Shown piece by piece: positions 1 through 11,605 of a DNA stretch of 63,561 nt. The stretch's first letter is position 1, and each line of letters starts with the position of its first letter. This DNA is from Candidatus Dadabacteria bacterium (lineage in GTDB: Bacteria; Desulfobacterota_D; UBA1144; Nemesobacterales; UBA2774): the NCBI GenBank assembly GCA_020027805.1, contig JAHKKQ010000001.1, positions 1 through 63,561 of the forward strand. Direction: 5' to 3'. The position numbers and the translations under genes are program-made. The notes beneath the pieces are model-generated. The model did no database searches. It was not told where the DNA came from and was given only the letters and a program-made list of their open reading frames with translations.

Positions 1-772
1 CGTCGAGCGCGCGCTGGGAGACGCCGACGCCGAGCGCCGCGATAAGGGGTCTCGTGTGATCGAAGACCTTCATGGCGAGCTTGAACCCGTCGCCTTCATT
101 TCCGAGAAGCGACTTCGCCGAAAGCTCGACGTCTTTGAACACCACCTCGCAAGCGTCGCTCGCCCTCTGCCCCATCTTCGGAAATTTTTTCGATACCTCG
201 ACCCCAGGCGCGTCCCGGTCGACGAGGAAAGCGCTTATCCCCCTGTGTCCTTCGCCGGGAGATGTCTTGGCGAATACGACGAAAAAGGAAGCCTCGTTAG
301 CGTTCGATATCCAGGTCTTCTGGCCGTTGAGTATGTACATGTCTTTGAGCTTCTTCGCGCTCGTGAGCATGGAGGCCACGTCGGAGCCCGCGTTCGGCTC
401 CGAGACGCAGTATGATCCGTATCCTTCGGAGAGAATGCCGAGATACTTCTTTTTCTGCTCATGGTCGCCGGCGAGCAGAATCGGCTGCGCAGTCAGCGTG
501 TTGATGGCGATCCCGCTCACGGCGATTCCCGCACAGCCCCACGCGAGCTCTTCCGTTACCAATATCATCTCGATCGCGGAAAGCCCCGAGCCGCCGTACT
601 CCTCGGGTATGACCACGTTTATCAATCCGAGCTTGCGAGCCTTAGTCTGAATTTCATGCGGGAACTCCGAGTTCCTGTCGTAGTATTCTGCGGCAGGCGC
701 GATTTCCTTCCTGGCGAATTCTCTCGCGACGTTTCTTATCATCTTCTGTTCTTCCGTGAAGTCGAAATCCAT
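1..772 (-). CDS. Acyl-CoA dehydrogenase, N-terminal ~257 codons (3' end lies outside the window)
   Basis: Reverse translation from ATG 772-770 reads MDFDFTEEQKMIRNVAREFARKEIAPAAEYYDRNSEFPHEIQTKARKLGLINVVIPEEYGGSGLSAIEMILVTEELAWGCAGI..., typical ACAD N-terminal and middle domains. The ORF runs off the left edge, so it is absent from the ORF track. Confidence 0.85.
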   Translation of the reverse strand, partial: MDFDFTEEQKMIRNVAREFARKEIAPAAEYYDRNSEFPHEIQTKARKLGLINVVIPEEYGGSGLSAIEMILVTEELAWGCAGIAVSGIAINTLTAQPILLAGDHEQKKKYLGILSEGYGSYCVSEPNAGSDVASMLTSAKKLKDMYILNGQKTWISNANEASFFVVFAKTSPGEGHRGISAFLVDRDAPGVEVSKKFPKMGQRASDACEVVFKDVELSAKSLLGNEGDGFKLAMKVFDHTRPLIAALGVGVSQRALD

Positions 773-863
773 TTAGTTTTTCTCTCCGTCTTTACACAAA
801 CCCGAGTATGGATGATATTTTACAGCATGGATTGAAATATTTTTATACGGAAGGGCGAACGAT

Positions 864-1829
864 ATGGAAAAGAGGGTTATCGGAATAGACGTCGGCGGCA
901 CAAACCTGAGGGGCGCTCTTGTCGGCTCGGACGGAAAAATAATAAACCGTATGAAGGTCGCGTCCGATGCCGATAAGGGTATCGAGGCGGTTATCGGCAA
1001 TCTGGTCAGACTGATTAAGAACATCGGCGGGGGTGAAGATGTGTCCGCGGCGGGGTTCGGTATCCCGGGAATAATCGACTTCAAGACCGGAATAATCACC
1101 CAGGCGCCTAATATATGCAACGTCAATAACTATCCTATAAGGGAGAACCTCCGCGCTAGACTGGGGGATGCCGTTCCGGTAATCATAGAAAACGACGCCA
1201 ACTGCGCCGCCGTCGGGGAATGGTGGATGGGGGCCGGTAAGGATGTCGGGTCGCTCGTGATAATCACGCTCGGGACAGGGGTCGGCGGCGGGATAGTCCT
1301 CGACGGAAAGCTCTGGAGGGGCGCCGACGGCATGGGAGGGGAGGTCGGTCACATGACTATCTATCCTGACGGAGCGAAATGCAACTGCGGGAATTACGGA
1401 TGCCTCGAAAGCTACTCATCGGCGACAGCCATCAGGCGCATGGTAAAAGAAGTCCTCTCGGATCCGAATTCAAAAACCGCGCTCAGGGGACTGGTAAATG
1501 ATGAAGATCCGGGCAGGATACCGGAAGCCGTCATGAAGGCGGCCCTCGATGGCGACCGGGCCGCGCTCGGCATATGGGAGCAGTTCGGCACCGCGCTCGG
1601 TATAGGGATGGCGAGCCTAGTAAATATCCTGAACGTCGAAATGATAGTAATCGGCGGGGGCGTTTCACAGGCCTGGGAAATGTTTATAGGCAAGGCGCTC
1701 GCGGAGCTCAAACGAAGGGCGCTCCGGGCCCCCGCCGAAAGGGTAAAGGTGATGAAGAGCGTGCTCGGGGACGACGAGGGGATAATAGGGGCGTCTTATC
1801 TGGCGCTCAATGCCGGGAAGGAACTGTGA
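864..1829 (+). CDS. ROK-family glucokinase / sugar kinase
   Basis: 321 aa. N-terminal ATP motif IGIDVGGTNLRGALV, and the ROK zinc motif GHMTIYPDGAKCNCGNYGCLE. Confidence 0.85.
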   Translation: MEKRVIGIDVGGTNLRGALVGSDGKIINRMKVASDADKGIEAVIGNLVRLIKNIGGGEDVSAAGFGIPGIIDFKTGIITQAPNICNVNNYPIRENLRARLGDAVPVIIENDANCAAVGEWWMGAGKDVGSLVIITLGTGVGGGIVLDGKLWRGADGMGGEVGHMTIYPDGAKCNCGNYGCLESYSSATAIRRMVKEVLSDPNSKTALRGLVNDEDPGRIPEAVMKAALDGDRAALGIWEQFGTALGIGMASLVNILNVEMIVIGGGVSQAWEMFIGKALAELKRRALRAPAERVKVMKSVLGDDEGIIGASYLALNAGKEL

Positions 1830-1847
1830 AACCGTCCGCCCGAAGAT

Positions 1848-3212
1848 TTACGGTATTCGGATGCTCAGTTTAAGCGCTTTCTGTCCTTTCTTTTTCACCT
1901 TGAACCTTTCGTCGATCCTCATGCCCCCGATCCAGAATATCTCCCCCCCGGTCGTGAATATCGGGACCCTGTACCTCTCGAAGCGGGGGATTTTCTCATC
2001 CACGAAGAAGTTTTTTAGCTTTTTCTCATCCTTCATCCCGAGCGGGATGAACCTGTCCCCGGCCCTGAAGCCCCTTATCTCGATCGGAAACCCTATCTTG
2101 CCGGCATCCAGATAAACTACGTCTTCTCTCTCTTCCTCAAGTGCTCCGGCCGATACCTTCTCGATATCAACCTCGAACCCGGGGAAGCTCCATTTTCCGG
2201 GTGAAGCGATAACGTAGGAGAATCTGCGCTCGAGACCGGACCTGGCGGTTACGAGGAATGAATCATACCCCTTGGCGATTACCATTTCGTCCGGGAACTC
2301 TACCTCCCCGGACGCGGCGTCCGACGTCAGGAATACGTCAGCTGCCATGATGTGGAGTGATGTAATGTTCTTAATGCCCTTTTCAAGCCCCTGGATTGCC
2401 AGCCTGAGGATGCTTAACCTGAGGGCTTGATGGAGTCGTCTGAATTTTCTCAAATCCCCTTTCAATTCGGATTCGCCGGGCGTAAAGATACGTCTGAAAT
2501 ATTTTTTCGCCTCCCGGTCTATATAATCTTCTTCGATCCTCAAGAGACCTGAGGTTCTCGAAAGGGTCTCCTTGATCTTAGGGTTATATTTTTCCAGCTC
2601 CGGCAGCAGGTCGAGCCTTATCCTGTTCCTGTGCATCGTCCTGAGCTTGTTCGTCGAATCCTCGATCCATTTAATACCATTTGATACAAGATACTTTTCT
2701 ATCTCCCGGCGCGGGGTCTCGATGAGGGGTCTTATTATCACCCCATTTGATACGGGAGGGATGCCCGAGAGCCCCTTCCTGCCGCTGCCCCTGATGAGCC
2801 TCATCAATACGGTCTCGGCCTGATCGTCGAGTGTATGAGCGGTCGCTATCTTGTCCGCCCCGTATTTCACACGCGTTTCTTCGAGGAACTCATACCTGAG
2901 CACCCTCGCGGCCTCTTCGAGTGTCAGCTTCGATTCCTTCTTGAAGCGCGGGACGTCGGCTTCGCCCTGCTCGAATTTCAAACCGAGGGACTCGGCCGTT
3001 CTCTTTACGAATAACGCGTCTCTCTTCGCCTCCTTCCCCCTGATTCCATGGTCTAAATGAGCGACTATGATATCCGCGCCATATTCATGTAATTCCATCA
3101 GGATGTGAAGAAGGCATATGGAATCAGCGCCCCCCGAGACCCCGATGACCACCCTTTCTCCGGGCTCGAGCATCTCGTACTTCTCAATTGTTTTCTTTAC
3201 CCGGAAGAACAT
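1848..3212 (-). CDS. tilS: tRNA(Ile)-lysidine synthetase
   Basis: 454 aa. PP-loop VVIGVSGGADS, followed by LDHGIRG and ATAHTLDDQAETVLMRLIRG, which are typical of TilS. Confidence 0.9.
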   Translation of the reverse strand: MFFRVKKTIEKYEMLEPGERVVIGVSGGADSICLLHILMELHEYGADIIVAHLDHGIRGKEAKRDALFVKRTAESLGLKFEQGEADVPRFKKESKLTLEEAARVLRYEFLEETRVKYGADKIATAHTLDDQAETVLMRLIRGSGRKGLSGIPPVSNGVIIRPLIETPRREIEKYLVSNGIKWIEDSTNKLRTMHRNRIRLDLLPELEKYNPKIKETLSRTSGLLRIEEDYIDREAKKYFRRIFTPGESELKGDLRKFRRLHQALRLSILRLAIQGLEKGIKNITSLHIMAADVFLTSDAASGEVEFPDEMVIAKGYDSFLVTARSGLERRFSYVIASPGKWSFPGFEVDIEKVSAGALEEEREDVVYLDAGKIGFPIEIRGFRAGDRFIPLGMKDEKKLKNFFVDEKIPRFERYRVPIFTTGGEIFWIGGMRIDERFKVKKKGQKALKLSIRIP

Positions 3213-3852
3213 TTTCTATGTTGTTGGTAGCGAGACCCGCCGACATTATTATCTTGAACGCGTCTTCGATCGTTATCGGGAGCTCCGTGATATCCGCTTC
3301 GGGGAGCATTACATAGTACCCGGTCGTGGGGTTCGGGGTCGTTGGTATGAATATGCTAAGGAGTCTTTGGCCGGACTGGTTCTGATGGACGCCCGCTTCG
3401 AGCGTCCCGGTTATAAACCCTATCGAGTAAACTCCTTTTCTCGGAAACTCCAAGAGAGCGACCCTCTTCAGATTCTTGATTCCGGTGCCTATGAAAAGGG
3501 TATTTATCACCTGTTTAGTGGCTATGTAGATTGTCCTCGTGAGGGGGATTTTAGAGATAATCGCCTCCCCGAAATCGACCAGCTTCCTGCCGACGAAGTT
3601 TCTCGCGACCGCTCCTATAAATAAGACGACCAGAAGCGTGCCGAGGAGGCCTATCAGGAAGAGGGCGGCTTCATATAGACCTTTAGGGAGCTCGGCCAGA
3701 TAGCTGCCGATTAGTCTGGCAGGGGCCGCACTGATGAGGGATACGATCCACGCCCCGAGCTTGAATAATATAAAAAGCGTAAGACCGAACGGTACTGTGA
3801 CCAGTACTCCGGCGAGTATGTTCTGCTTGAAAAAACTATAGATATGCCTCAT
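3184..3852 (-). CDS. DUF502-type integral membrane protein
   Basis: 222 aa with two N-terminal hydrophobic helices and a C-terminal FIPTTPNPTTGYYVMLP motif characteristic of DUF502. Confidence 0.6.
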   Translation of the reverse strand: MRHIYSFFKQNILAGVLVTVPFGLTLFILFKLGAWIVSLISAAPARLIGSYLAELPKGLYEAALFLIGLLGTLLVVLFIGAVARNFVGRKLVDFGEAIISKIPLTRTIYIATKQVINTLFIGTGIKNLKRVALLEFPRKGVYSIGFITGTLEAGVHQNQSGQRLLSIFIPTTPNPTTGYYVMLPEADITELPITIEDAFKIIMSAGLATNNIENVLPGKENN

Positions 3853-3855
3853 TCA

Positions 3856-4140
3856 TCAAGCTGTCTGCTTGTCGATTGCGTCGCGGAGAAACCTGCTCGG
3901 CTTGAAAACGACAGCGCGCCTCTCTGCGATTTCAATCGTTTCGCCCGTGGCCGGGTTTCTTCCCTTTCTGGCCTTCCGGCTCTGTACACGGAAACTGCCG
4001 AACCTCGGAAGCTTTATCCCCTCGCCCCTGCTGAGTTTCTCTTTGGCTACCTCGAAGAAAAACTCGACTATTTCCGCAGATTCCCTCTTGGAGAGTCCGA
4101 TCTTGGTGTGAATTACGTCCGCGAGTTCTTTTTTCGTCAT
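3856..4140 (-). CDS. ihfA: Integration host factor alpha subunit (HU/IHF family)
   Basis: 94 aa. GLSKRESAEIVEFFFE...RKGRNPATGETIEIAERRAVVFKP matches the E. coli IhfA pattern. It lies directly downstream of pheT, as in the classical pheST-ihfA arrangement. Confidence 0.85.
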   Translation of the reverse strand: MTKKELADVIHTKIGLSKRESAEIVEFFFEVAKEKLSRGEGIKLPRFGSFRVQSRKARKGRNPATGETIEIAERRAVVFKPSRFLRDAIDKQTA

Positions 4141-4161
4141 GTCGCTTACCTCTCTTGTTTA

Positions 4162-6573
4162 TTATATTGTACGCAAATCGGCCCCGAGAGCCAATTGTAG
4201 TTTTTTAATTGTCTTATCCTGTACTTTATTTATTTCTTCCTCGGTGAGGGTCTTGTCCTGGGCCCTTAGCTGGAGCGAAACCGCAACGCTCTTCTTCCCC
4301 TTCTCCACAGGGCTCCCCGTAAACACGTCGAACACCAGGGCGTCCTCGATAAGCTTCGAATCAAGGCTCTGAATCTCTTCGAGAATGCTGCTCACGGGTG
4401 TTTCCTCGTCGATTATTAAAGCTATGTCCCTTCTTACTGCGGGGAATCTGGGAAGCGGTGTGAACGCCTTTCTCGTTTCACTGAATTCCCCGGTTATCCT
4501 GTCCAGGTCCAGGTCCATTACATACAGCCGTTTCGAGATTTCGAGCTTGTCGCTCAAGTCCGGGTGCAGCTCGCCTATAAAACCGCAATCCCCGCCGCCG
4601 GCGGTTATAACAGCGGATTTGCCCGGGTGGAGAAACCCGATTTCCGCTGCCCTCCGGAATTTGACTCTCCCTGAAATGGATAGGGCATCGAATCCCTTAT
4701 CGAGCAGGTTTTTAAAGTCGAAGAAATCGAATTCCTCCTTGTCCCATAGTTCCGGCTGTCTTCTTCCGGTTGCAGCCGCGGCTAATTTCGTTATTTCGAC
4801 CGGAAGCTCGCCCTTGCCGGTCGGTATGAATATCTTTCCGATCTCGAATAATCTTACGTTCTGCTCCTGCCTGTTAAGGTTGAGTACGCTGTTTCTGATA
4901 AGGCCGGGCAGGAGGCTCGTCCTCATTGCCGCTCCCTCGCTCGAAATCGGATTAAGTATCCCGAGCGCCTCGGTCTTTCCGAAGAGGGTTAAAAGCTCGT
5001 AGTCTTCAAAGCTGAAATTTATGGCTTCCGAGAACCCCCCTGAAACGAATATTTCCTTAAATTTCCCCTGAACTTTTTTGCCGGGACCTACCCCTTCCGT
5101 TTTCATTGTTACGGCCGGCAGCGTGCTGGGAATGTTGCCGTAACCGTAGAGCCTCGCGATTTCTTCGATCAGATCGATCTCCCTCGTGACGTCCACTCTC
5201 CACGTGGGGATGCGGAAAGTGATCTCCCCGTTTGAAGCCGCAGCCTTTTCGAAGCCGAGCCCCTCCGATATCCGTGTAATCTCTCCCGCGTCGAAGGCGG
5301 TTCCGAGTATCGAGTTGACGCGTTTCAGCGCGAGCCTGACGAGAGAGGGTTCGATCGTTGCCGGATACTCGTCTATCCTGCCTTTTGCAGCCTGACCTCC
5401 GGATAATTCCCTGATAAGCTCGGCCGCCCTGTCGAGCGCCTTCGTTATCCCGTTCGGGTCTACGCCCCTTTCGAACCTGTATGAGGACTCCGATTTGAGC
5501 CCCGTCTTTCTCGACGTTTTCCTGATTGCGGAAGGGTCGAAGTATGCGCTTTCAAGGAGAATATTTTTCGTACCGTCCGACACCTCTGTATTCGAGCCGC
5601 CCATCACGCCCGCGAGCGCGACCGGTCTCTTCTCGTCACAGATGAGCAGGTCTTCGGGCGAGAGCTTCCTTTCGACGCCGTCGAGGGTCTTTATAACCTC
5701 TCCCTCTCCCGCAGCCCTGACGATTATTTTTCTTCCCTCTACGAGGTCGTAGTCGAACGCGTGCAGCGGCTGGCCTAACTCCAGGAGCACAAAGTTCGTG
5801 ACGTCGACGACATTGTTTATCGATCTTATGCCCGAGGACTCGAGCCTCGACTTGAGCCACATTGGTGAGGGCCCTATATTCACGTTCTTTATGACCCGGC
5901 AAGAATATCTGGGGCACTTTTCCCGATCCAGAAGTTCCACTTTCGCCAGTTGACGTATATCCTCGCCCGATTCGGTGGCAGTCGTCGGGGGATAATTTAA
6001 TTTCAATCCGAGTAGTGCGGCTACCTCGCGCGCGATACCTACGACGCTCAGGCAGTCCGGGCGGTTCGGGGTGACATTGATCTCGAATATTACGTCGTTT
6101 AGTCCTATCTCGTCTATGAGCCTCGCACCGACCCTGGCCGAAGCGGGGAGTATCATTATTCCGTCAATCTCCTCTCCGATGCCGAGTTCGTTCTCCGCGC
6201 AAAGCATCCCTTCCGAGACCTCGCCCCTTATTTTGGCTTTCTTGATGGTCATACCCTCTGGGAATTTCGGTCCCGGAGGCAGGGTTGTGCCGATTTTCGC
6301 GAGCGCGACCTTGTCGCCTGACTTCATATTGTTTGCGCCGCACACGATAGGATAGTTCTTTTCTCCGTCCGAGACGTCGCAGAGGGAAAGCTTTGCCGCG
6401 TCGGGGTGCGGCTTCAATTCGAGGATTTGAGCAACTACAACATTCTCGAGACCCCTCCCCCGATACTCAACAGCCTCAACCTCGAGACCGGCCATCGTGA
6501 GCTTATCCGCAAGCTCTTCGGGGGCGATGTCGATTCCGACGTACTCTTTCAGCCAATTAACGGAGATTATCAT
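4162..6573 (-). CDS. pheT: Phenylalanine--tRNA ligase beta subunit
   Basis: 803 aa. N-terminal MIISVNWLKEYV, a tRNA-binding domain, B3/4 and B5 domains, and a C-terminal FDX-ACB domain (VFDVFTG...KSVAVSLQLR). Confidence 0.95.
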   Translation of the reverse strand: MIISVNWLKEYVGIDIAPEELADKLTMAGLEVEAVEYRGRGLENVVVAQILELKPHPDAAKLSLCDVSDGEKNYPIVCGANNMKSGDKVALAKIGTTLPPGPKFPEGMTIKKAKIRGEVSEGMLCAENELGIGEEIDGIMILPASARVGARLIDEIGLNDVIFEINVTPNRPDCLSVVGIAREVAALLGLKLNYPPTTATESGEDIRQLAKVELLDREKCPRYSCRVIKNVNIGPSPMWLKSRLESSGIRSINNVVDVTNFVLLELGQPLHAFDYDLVEGRKIIVRAAGEGEVIKTLDGVERKLSPEDLLICDEKRPVALAGVMGGSNTEVSDGTKNILLESAYFDPSAIRKTSRKTGLKSESSYRFERGVDPNGITKALDRAAELIRELSGGQAAKGRIDEYPATIEPSLVRLALKRVNSILGTAFDAGEITRISEGLGFEKAAASNGEITFRIPTWRVDVTREIDLIEEIARLYGYGNIPSTLPAVTMKTEGVGPGKKVQGKFKEIFVSGGFSEAINFSFEDYELLTLFGKTEALGILNPISSEGAAMRTSLLPGLIRNSVLNLNRQEQNVRLFEIGKIFIPTGKGELPVEITKLAAAATGRRQPELWDKEEFDFFDFKNLLDKGFDALSISGRVKFRRAAEIGFLHPGKSAVITAGGGDCGFIGELHPDLSDKLEISKRLYVMDLDLDRITGEFSETRKAFTPLPRFPAVRRDIALIIDEETPVSSILEEIQSLDSKLIEDALVFDVFTGSPVEKGKKSVAVSLQLRAQDKTLTEEEINKVQDKTIKKLQLALGADLRTI

Positions 6574-6713
6574 TTTTACGACCCATCAAAATTTAATGAT
6601 TACATATTCTTAGAGCCGGGTCAATACTCTATCTTTCAATGATTACAACCGGTTTCAGTTTACAGAGGGCGGATAATGAGGCTTGTGGAAGGACTATGAA
6701 TATGTGCAATGAT

Positions 6714-6756
6714 AAAAAAAACGGTGATGAACCCCCAGGAGGAGGCTTCATCACCG
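6714..6756 (-). terminator. Rho-independent terminator closing the katG transcript
   Basis: Perfect 10-bp stem (6722-6731 pairs with 6747-6756) with a 15-nt loop. On the minus strand it is followed by U8 (A8 at 6714-6721 on the given strand). Confidence 0.7.
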
Positions 6757-6803
6757 TGGTTTTTAAATGACAAGATGGGCATGACGATAAGCTATGATTC
6801 AAT

Positions 6804-6947
6804 TTATTGTTGTCGGGCGGCTTTTTTAACCGGGAACGCCCTCGAGTACTTCGTTATATCGTTCGTAATCGTAAGGGTGCCGAATGCTCCCGACCCCTTC
6901 GCATGCACCACCCTCTCAGGGACACTCTCCCGGTTAAATGTGGCCAT
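6804..6947 (-). pseudogene. Relic of a monofunctional heme catalase (N-terminal fragment, 47 codons)
   Basis: Reverse translation is [47 protein letters not shown]. The string [18 protein letters not shown]....DITKY is the conserved distal-histidine segment of typical catalases. Nothing catalase-like flanks it on either side. Confidence 0.7.
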
Positions 6948-6965
6948 TTTTTCTAATAACTGAAA

Positions 6966-9326
<2,361 letters not shown>

Positions 9327-9422
9327 ATTCATGTTTGCCCAGATTATTGGCGATTATTCATGCCGGGAGTTTGGGCAGGTATGCGCTGACCTATTACGGG
9401 ATTGCGCGGAGGAGTCGACGGA

Positions 9423-10370
9423 ATGGAGCTTCATCAGCTTAGATACTTTGTCGCTGTCGCTGAGACAGGAGGGTTCAGCAAGGCTGCCAGGATATGCTTT
9501 GTCGCGCAGCCCTCACTCAGCCAGCAGATAATAAAGCTCGAACAAGAGCTCGGTCAGAGGCTTTTCGAGAGGCTTGGAAGAACCTCCGTGCTCACGGAAG
9601 CCGGAAGGGCGCTCTTGCCGAGGGCAAGGCTCATACTGAAAGAGGCCGGAGACATAAAGTCGGGTATTTCGGATGACCTCGGCTCCGGCTCCGGCCAGCT
9701 GTCGGTCGGGTTAATACCCACGATCGCACCCTATATATTGCCCGGTGTCCTCAAAAGGTTTTATGAGTCCTTTCCCAGGGCTCAGATCTCCGTCAATGAA
9801 AACCTTACGGAAAGGCTTATCAAAAGCCTCATCGGGCTTGAAATAGAGATGGCCGTGATGAGTCTCCCCATTGATGAGAAGCTTATCAGGACGGAGCCCC
9901 TTTTTGATGACCCCCTGATACTCGCTTTATCGCCCGGCCACGAGCTTGCTAAACTGAATGATGTAACGATCGAGGATTTGAGGGATATTCCGTTCATCGC
10001 CCTCGATGAAGAGCACTGTCTCGGCGAGCAGATAAATAATTTCTGCTATGAGAGGCAGATAAACCCCGATATAGTCTGCCGCACCTGGAACCTGTCGACC
10101 ATACAGCACTGCGTTTCGTTCGGGAGCGGCGTGTCTCTTGTGCCCGGGATGCTCGTTATGACGGATGATTCCAATAGATGCGTTTACAGGCCGATCAAGG
10201 GGCAGTCCCCCAAGCGCACCGTAGTCGCCGCCTGGCACAGGGACAGGAAGCTCTCGAAACTCGGGGCCGAGCTCGTTCAGATCGTGAAAGACGAGTATGC
10301 GTACCTCTTCGAAACCCGAAATTATAAAGGCTCCGGGAACGTTTCACCGATTATCGCGAATTTCGAATAA
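9423..10370 (+). CDS. oxyR: LysR-family peroxide sensor OxyR
   Basis: N-terminal HTH MELHQLRYFVAVAETGGFSKAA. The segment EEHCLGEQINNFC keeps both redox cysteines with the same spacing as E. coli OxyR C199/C208 (GHCLRDQAMGFC). It is divergent from katG. I chose the start at ATG 9423 because it follows GGAGGAG. Confidence 0.8.
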   Translation: MELHQLRYFVAVAETGGFSKAARICFVAQPSLSQQIIKLEQELGQRLFERLGRTSVLTEAGRALLPRARLILKEAGDIKSGISDDLGSGSGQLSVGLIPTIAPYILPGVLKRFYESFPRAQISVNENLTERLIKSLIGLEIEMAVMSLPIDEKLIRTEPLFDDPLILALSPGHELAKLNDVTIEDLRDIPFIALDEEHCLGEQINNFCYERQINPDIVCRTWNLSTIQHCVSFGSGVSLVPGMLVMTDDSNRCVYRPIKGQSPKRTVVAAWHRDRKLSKLGAELVQIVKDEYAYLFETRNYKGSGNVSPIIANFE

Positions 10371-10405
10371 CGCCCGCCTGATGTAAACTTAAGAACCTCG
10401 GTCCG

Positions 10406-11587
10406 ATGAAAAAAATATATATGGATTACAACGCCGCCACCCCTCTCGACCCGCGCGTGTTAGAGGCGATGATGCCCTATTTCAAAGACGGCTTCGGGAA
10501 TCCGTCGAGCATCCACTCGTTAGGCATGGGGGGGAAGGGCGCGCTCGATCGCGCAAGGGAGCAGGTCGCCGCCCTTATCAATGCCAGCCCGAGAGAGATC
10601 GTATTCACGTCCGGGGGAAGCGAGAGCAACAACTACGCGGTCAAGGGCGTCGCCCTGGCGGACGCAGGGAAAAAAGGGAGTCATCTGGTAACGACGTGTG
10701 TCGAGCACGAGTCCGTGCTCGAGGCCTTCAGGGCCCTCGAGAGGTCCGGTTTTCGGGTCACATATCTGGGCGTGGACGCCTCGGGCATTATCGACCTCGA
10801 CGAGCTCCGGGACTCAATTTCTGATGAGACGATACTCGTATCGTGCATATTCGCCAACAATGAGACCGGGGCCGTCATGCCTATAGCCGGGATCGCCCGC
10901 ATCGCAAAGGAGAAGGGGGCCATTTTTCATACCGACGCGGTGCAGGCCGCGGGAAAGATACCTATAGACACGGATGAGATTCCCGCCGATCTAATGACCT
11001 TATCCGCGCACAAGTTCTACGGCCCCAAGGGCGCGGGCGCCCTTTATATCCGGGAGGGGATTAATAAGAGGGTCCGGCTTGTGCCCCTGATCCACGGAGG
11101 CGGGCAGGAGAGGGGCGGCCGTTCCGGCACCGAGAACGTGCCCGCGATCGCAGGCATGGGTATGGCCTCCGAAATATCACTCCGCGAGATGAAAGAAGAC
11201 GAAAAGAGGATAAGGCCGCTCCGGGACAGGTTATGGGAGAGGTTCTCATCCGATATACGCGGCATAAGACTGAACGGCGATATCGACAGGCTTCTCTTTA
11301 ATACGTTAAATGTATTTATAGACGGGGTGAGCGGGGATTCCCTATCGATGGCCCTCGATCTCGAAGGCATAGCTTTATCGACGGGCTCCGCATGCTCGGA
11401 AGGTAAGGTCGATCCATCCCACGTGCTCATGGCCATGGGCCTCTCGAGAGAAGAGTCCTCCTCTTCGGTGAGGTTCAGTCTCGGCAGGTTTACAGGGGAC
11501 GAAGAAATAGACGCGGCAGGCGAAATCGTACCGAGAGCGGTCGAAAGGATAAGGGAAGCGCGGGGCGGCAGCTCCAGGGCGCTTTGA
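10406..11587 (+). CDS. Cysteine desulfurase (NifS/IscS class, PLP-dependent)
   Basis: 393 aa. YMDYNATTP, the PLP-lysine context SAHKFYGPKG, and the active-site loop SSGSACSEG-type (STGSACSEGK). Confidence 0.9.
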   Translation: MKKIYMDYNAATPLDPRVLEAMMPYFKDGFGNPSSIHSLGMGGKGALDRAREQVAALINASPREIVFTSGGSESNNYAVKGVALADAGKKGSHLVTTCVEHESVLEAFRALERSGFRVTYLGVDASGIIDLDELRDSISDETILVSCIFANNETGAVMPIAGIARIAKEKGAIFHTDAVQAAGKIPIDTDEIPADLMTLSAHKFYGPKGAGALYIREGINKRVRLVPLIHGGGQERGGRSGTENVPAIAGMGMASEISLREMKEDEKRIRPLRDRLWERFSSDIRGIRLNGDIDRLLFNTLNVFIDGVSGDSLSMALDLEGIALSTGSACSEGKVDPSHVLMAMGLSREESSSSVRFSLGRFTGDEEIDAAGEIVPRAVERIREARGGSSRAL

Positions 11588-11605
11588 AAATCGGGGCCGC
11601 GCTTT

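Noticed and set aside
6709-6963. The 84-aa + strand ORF between pheT and katG
   Set aside because: The opposite strand encodes a recognisable catalase fragment, and the + frame has no features of its own.
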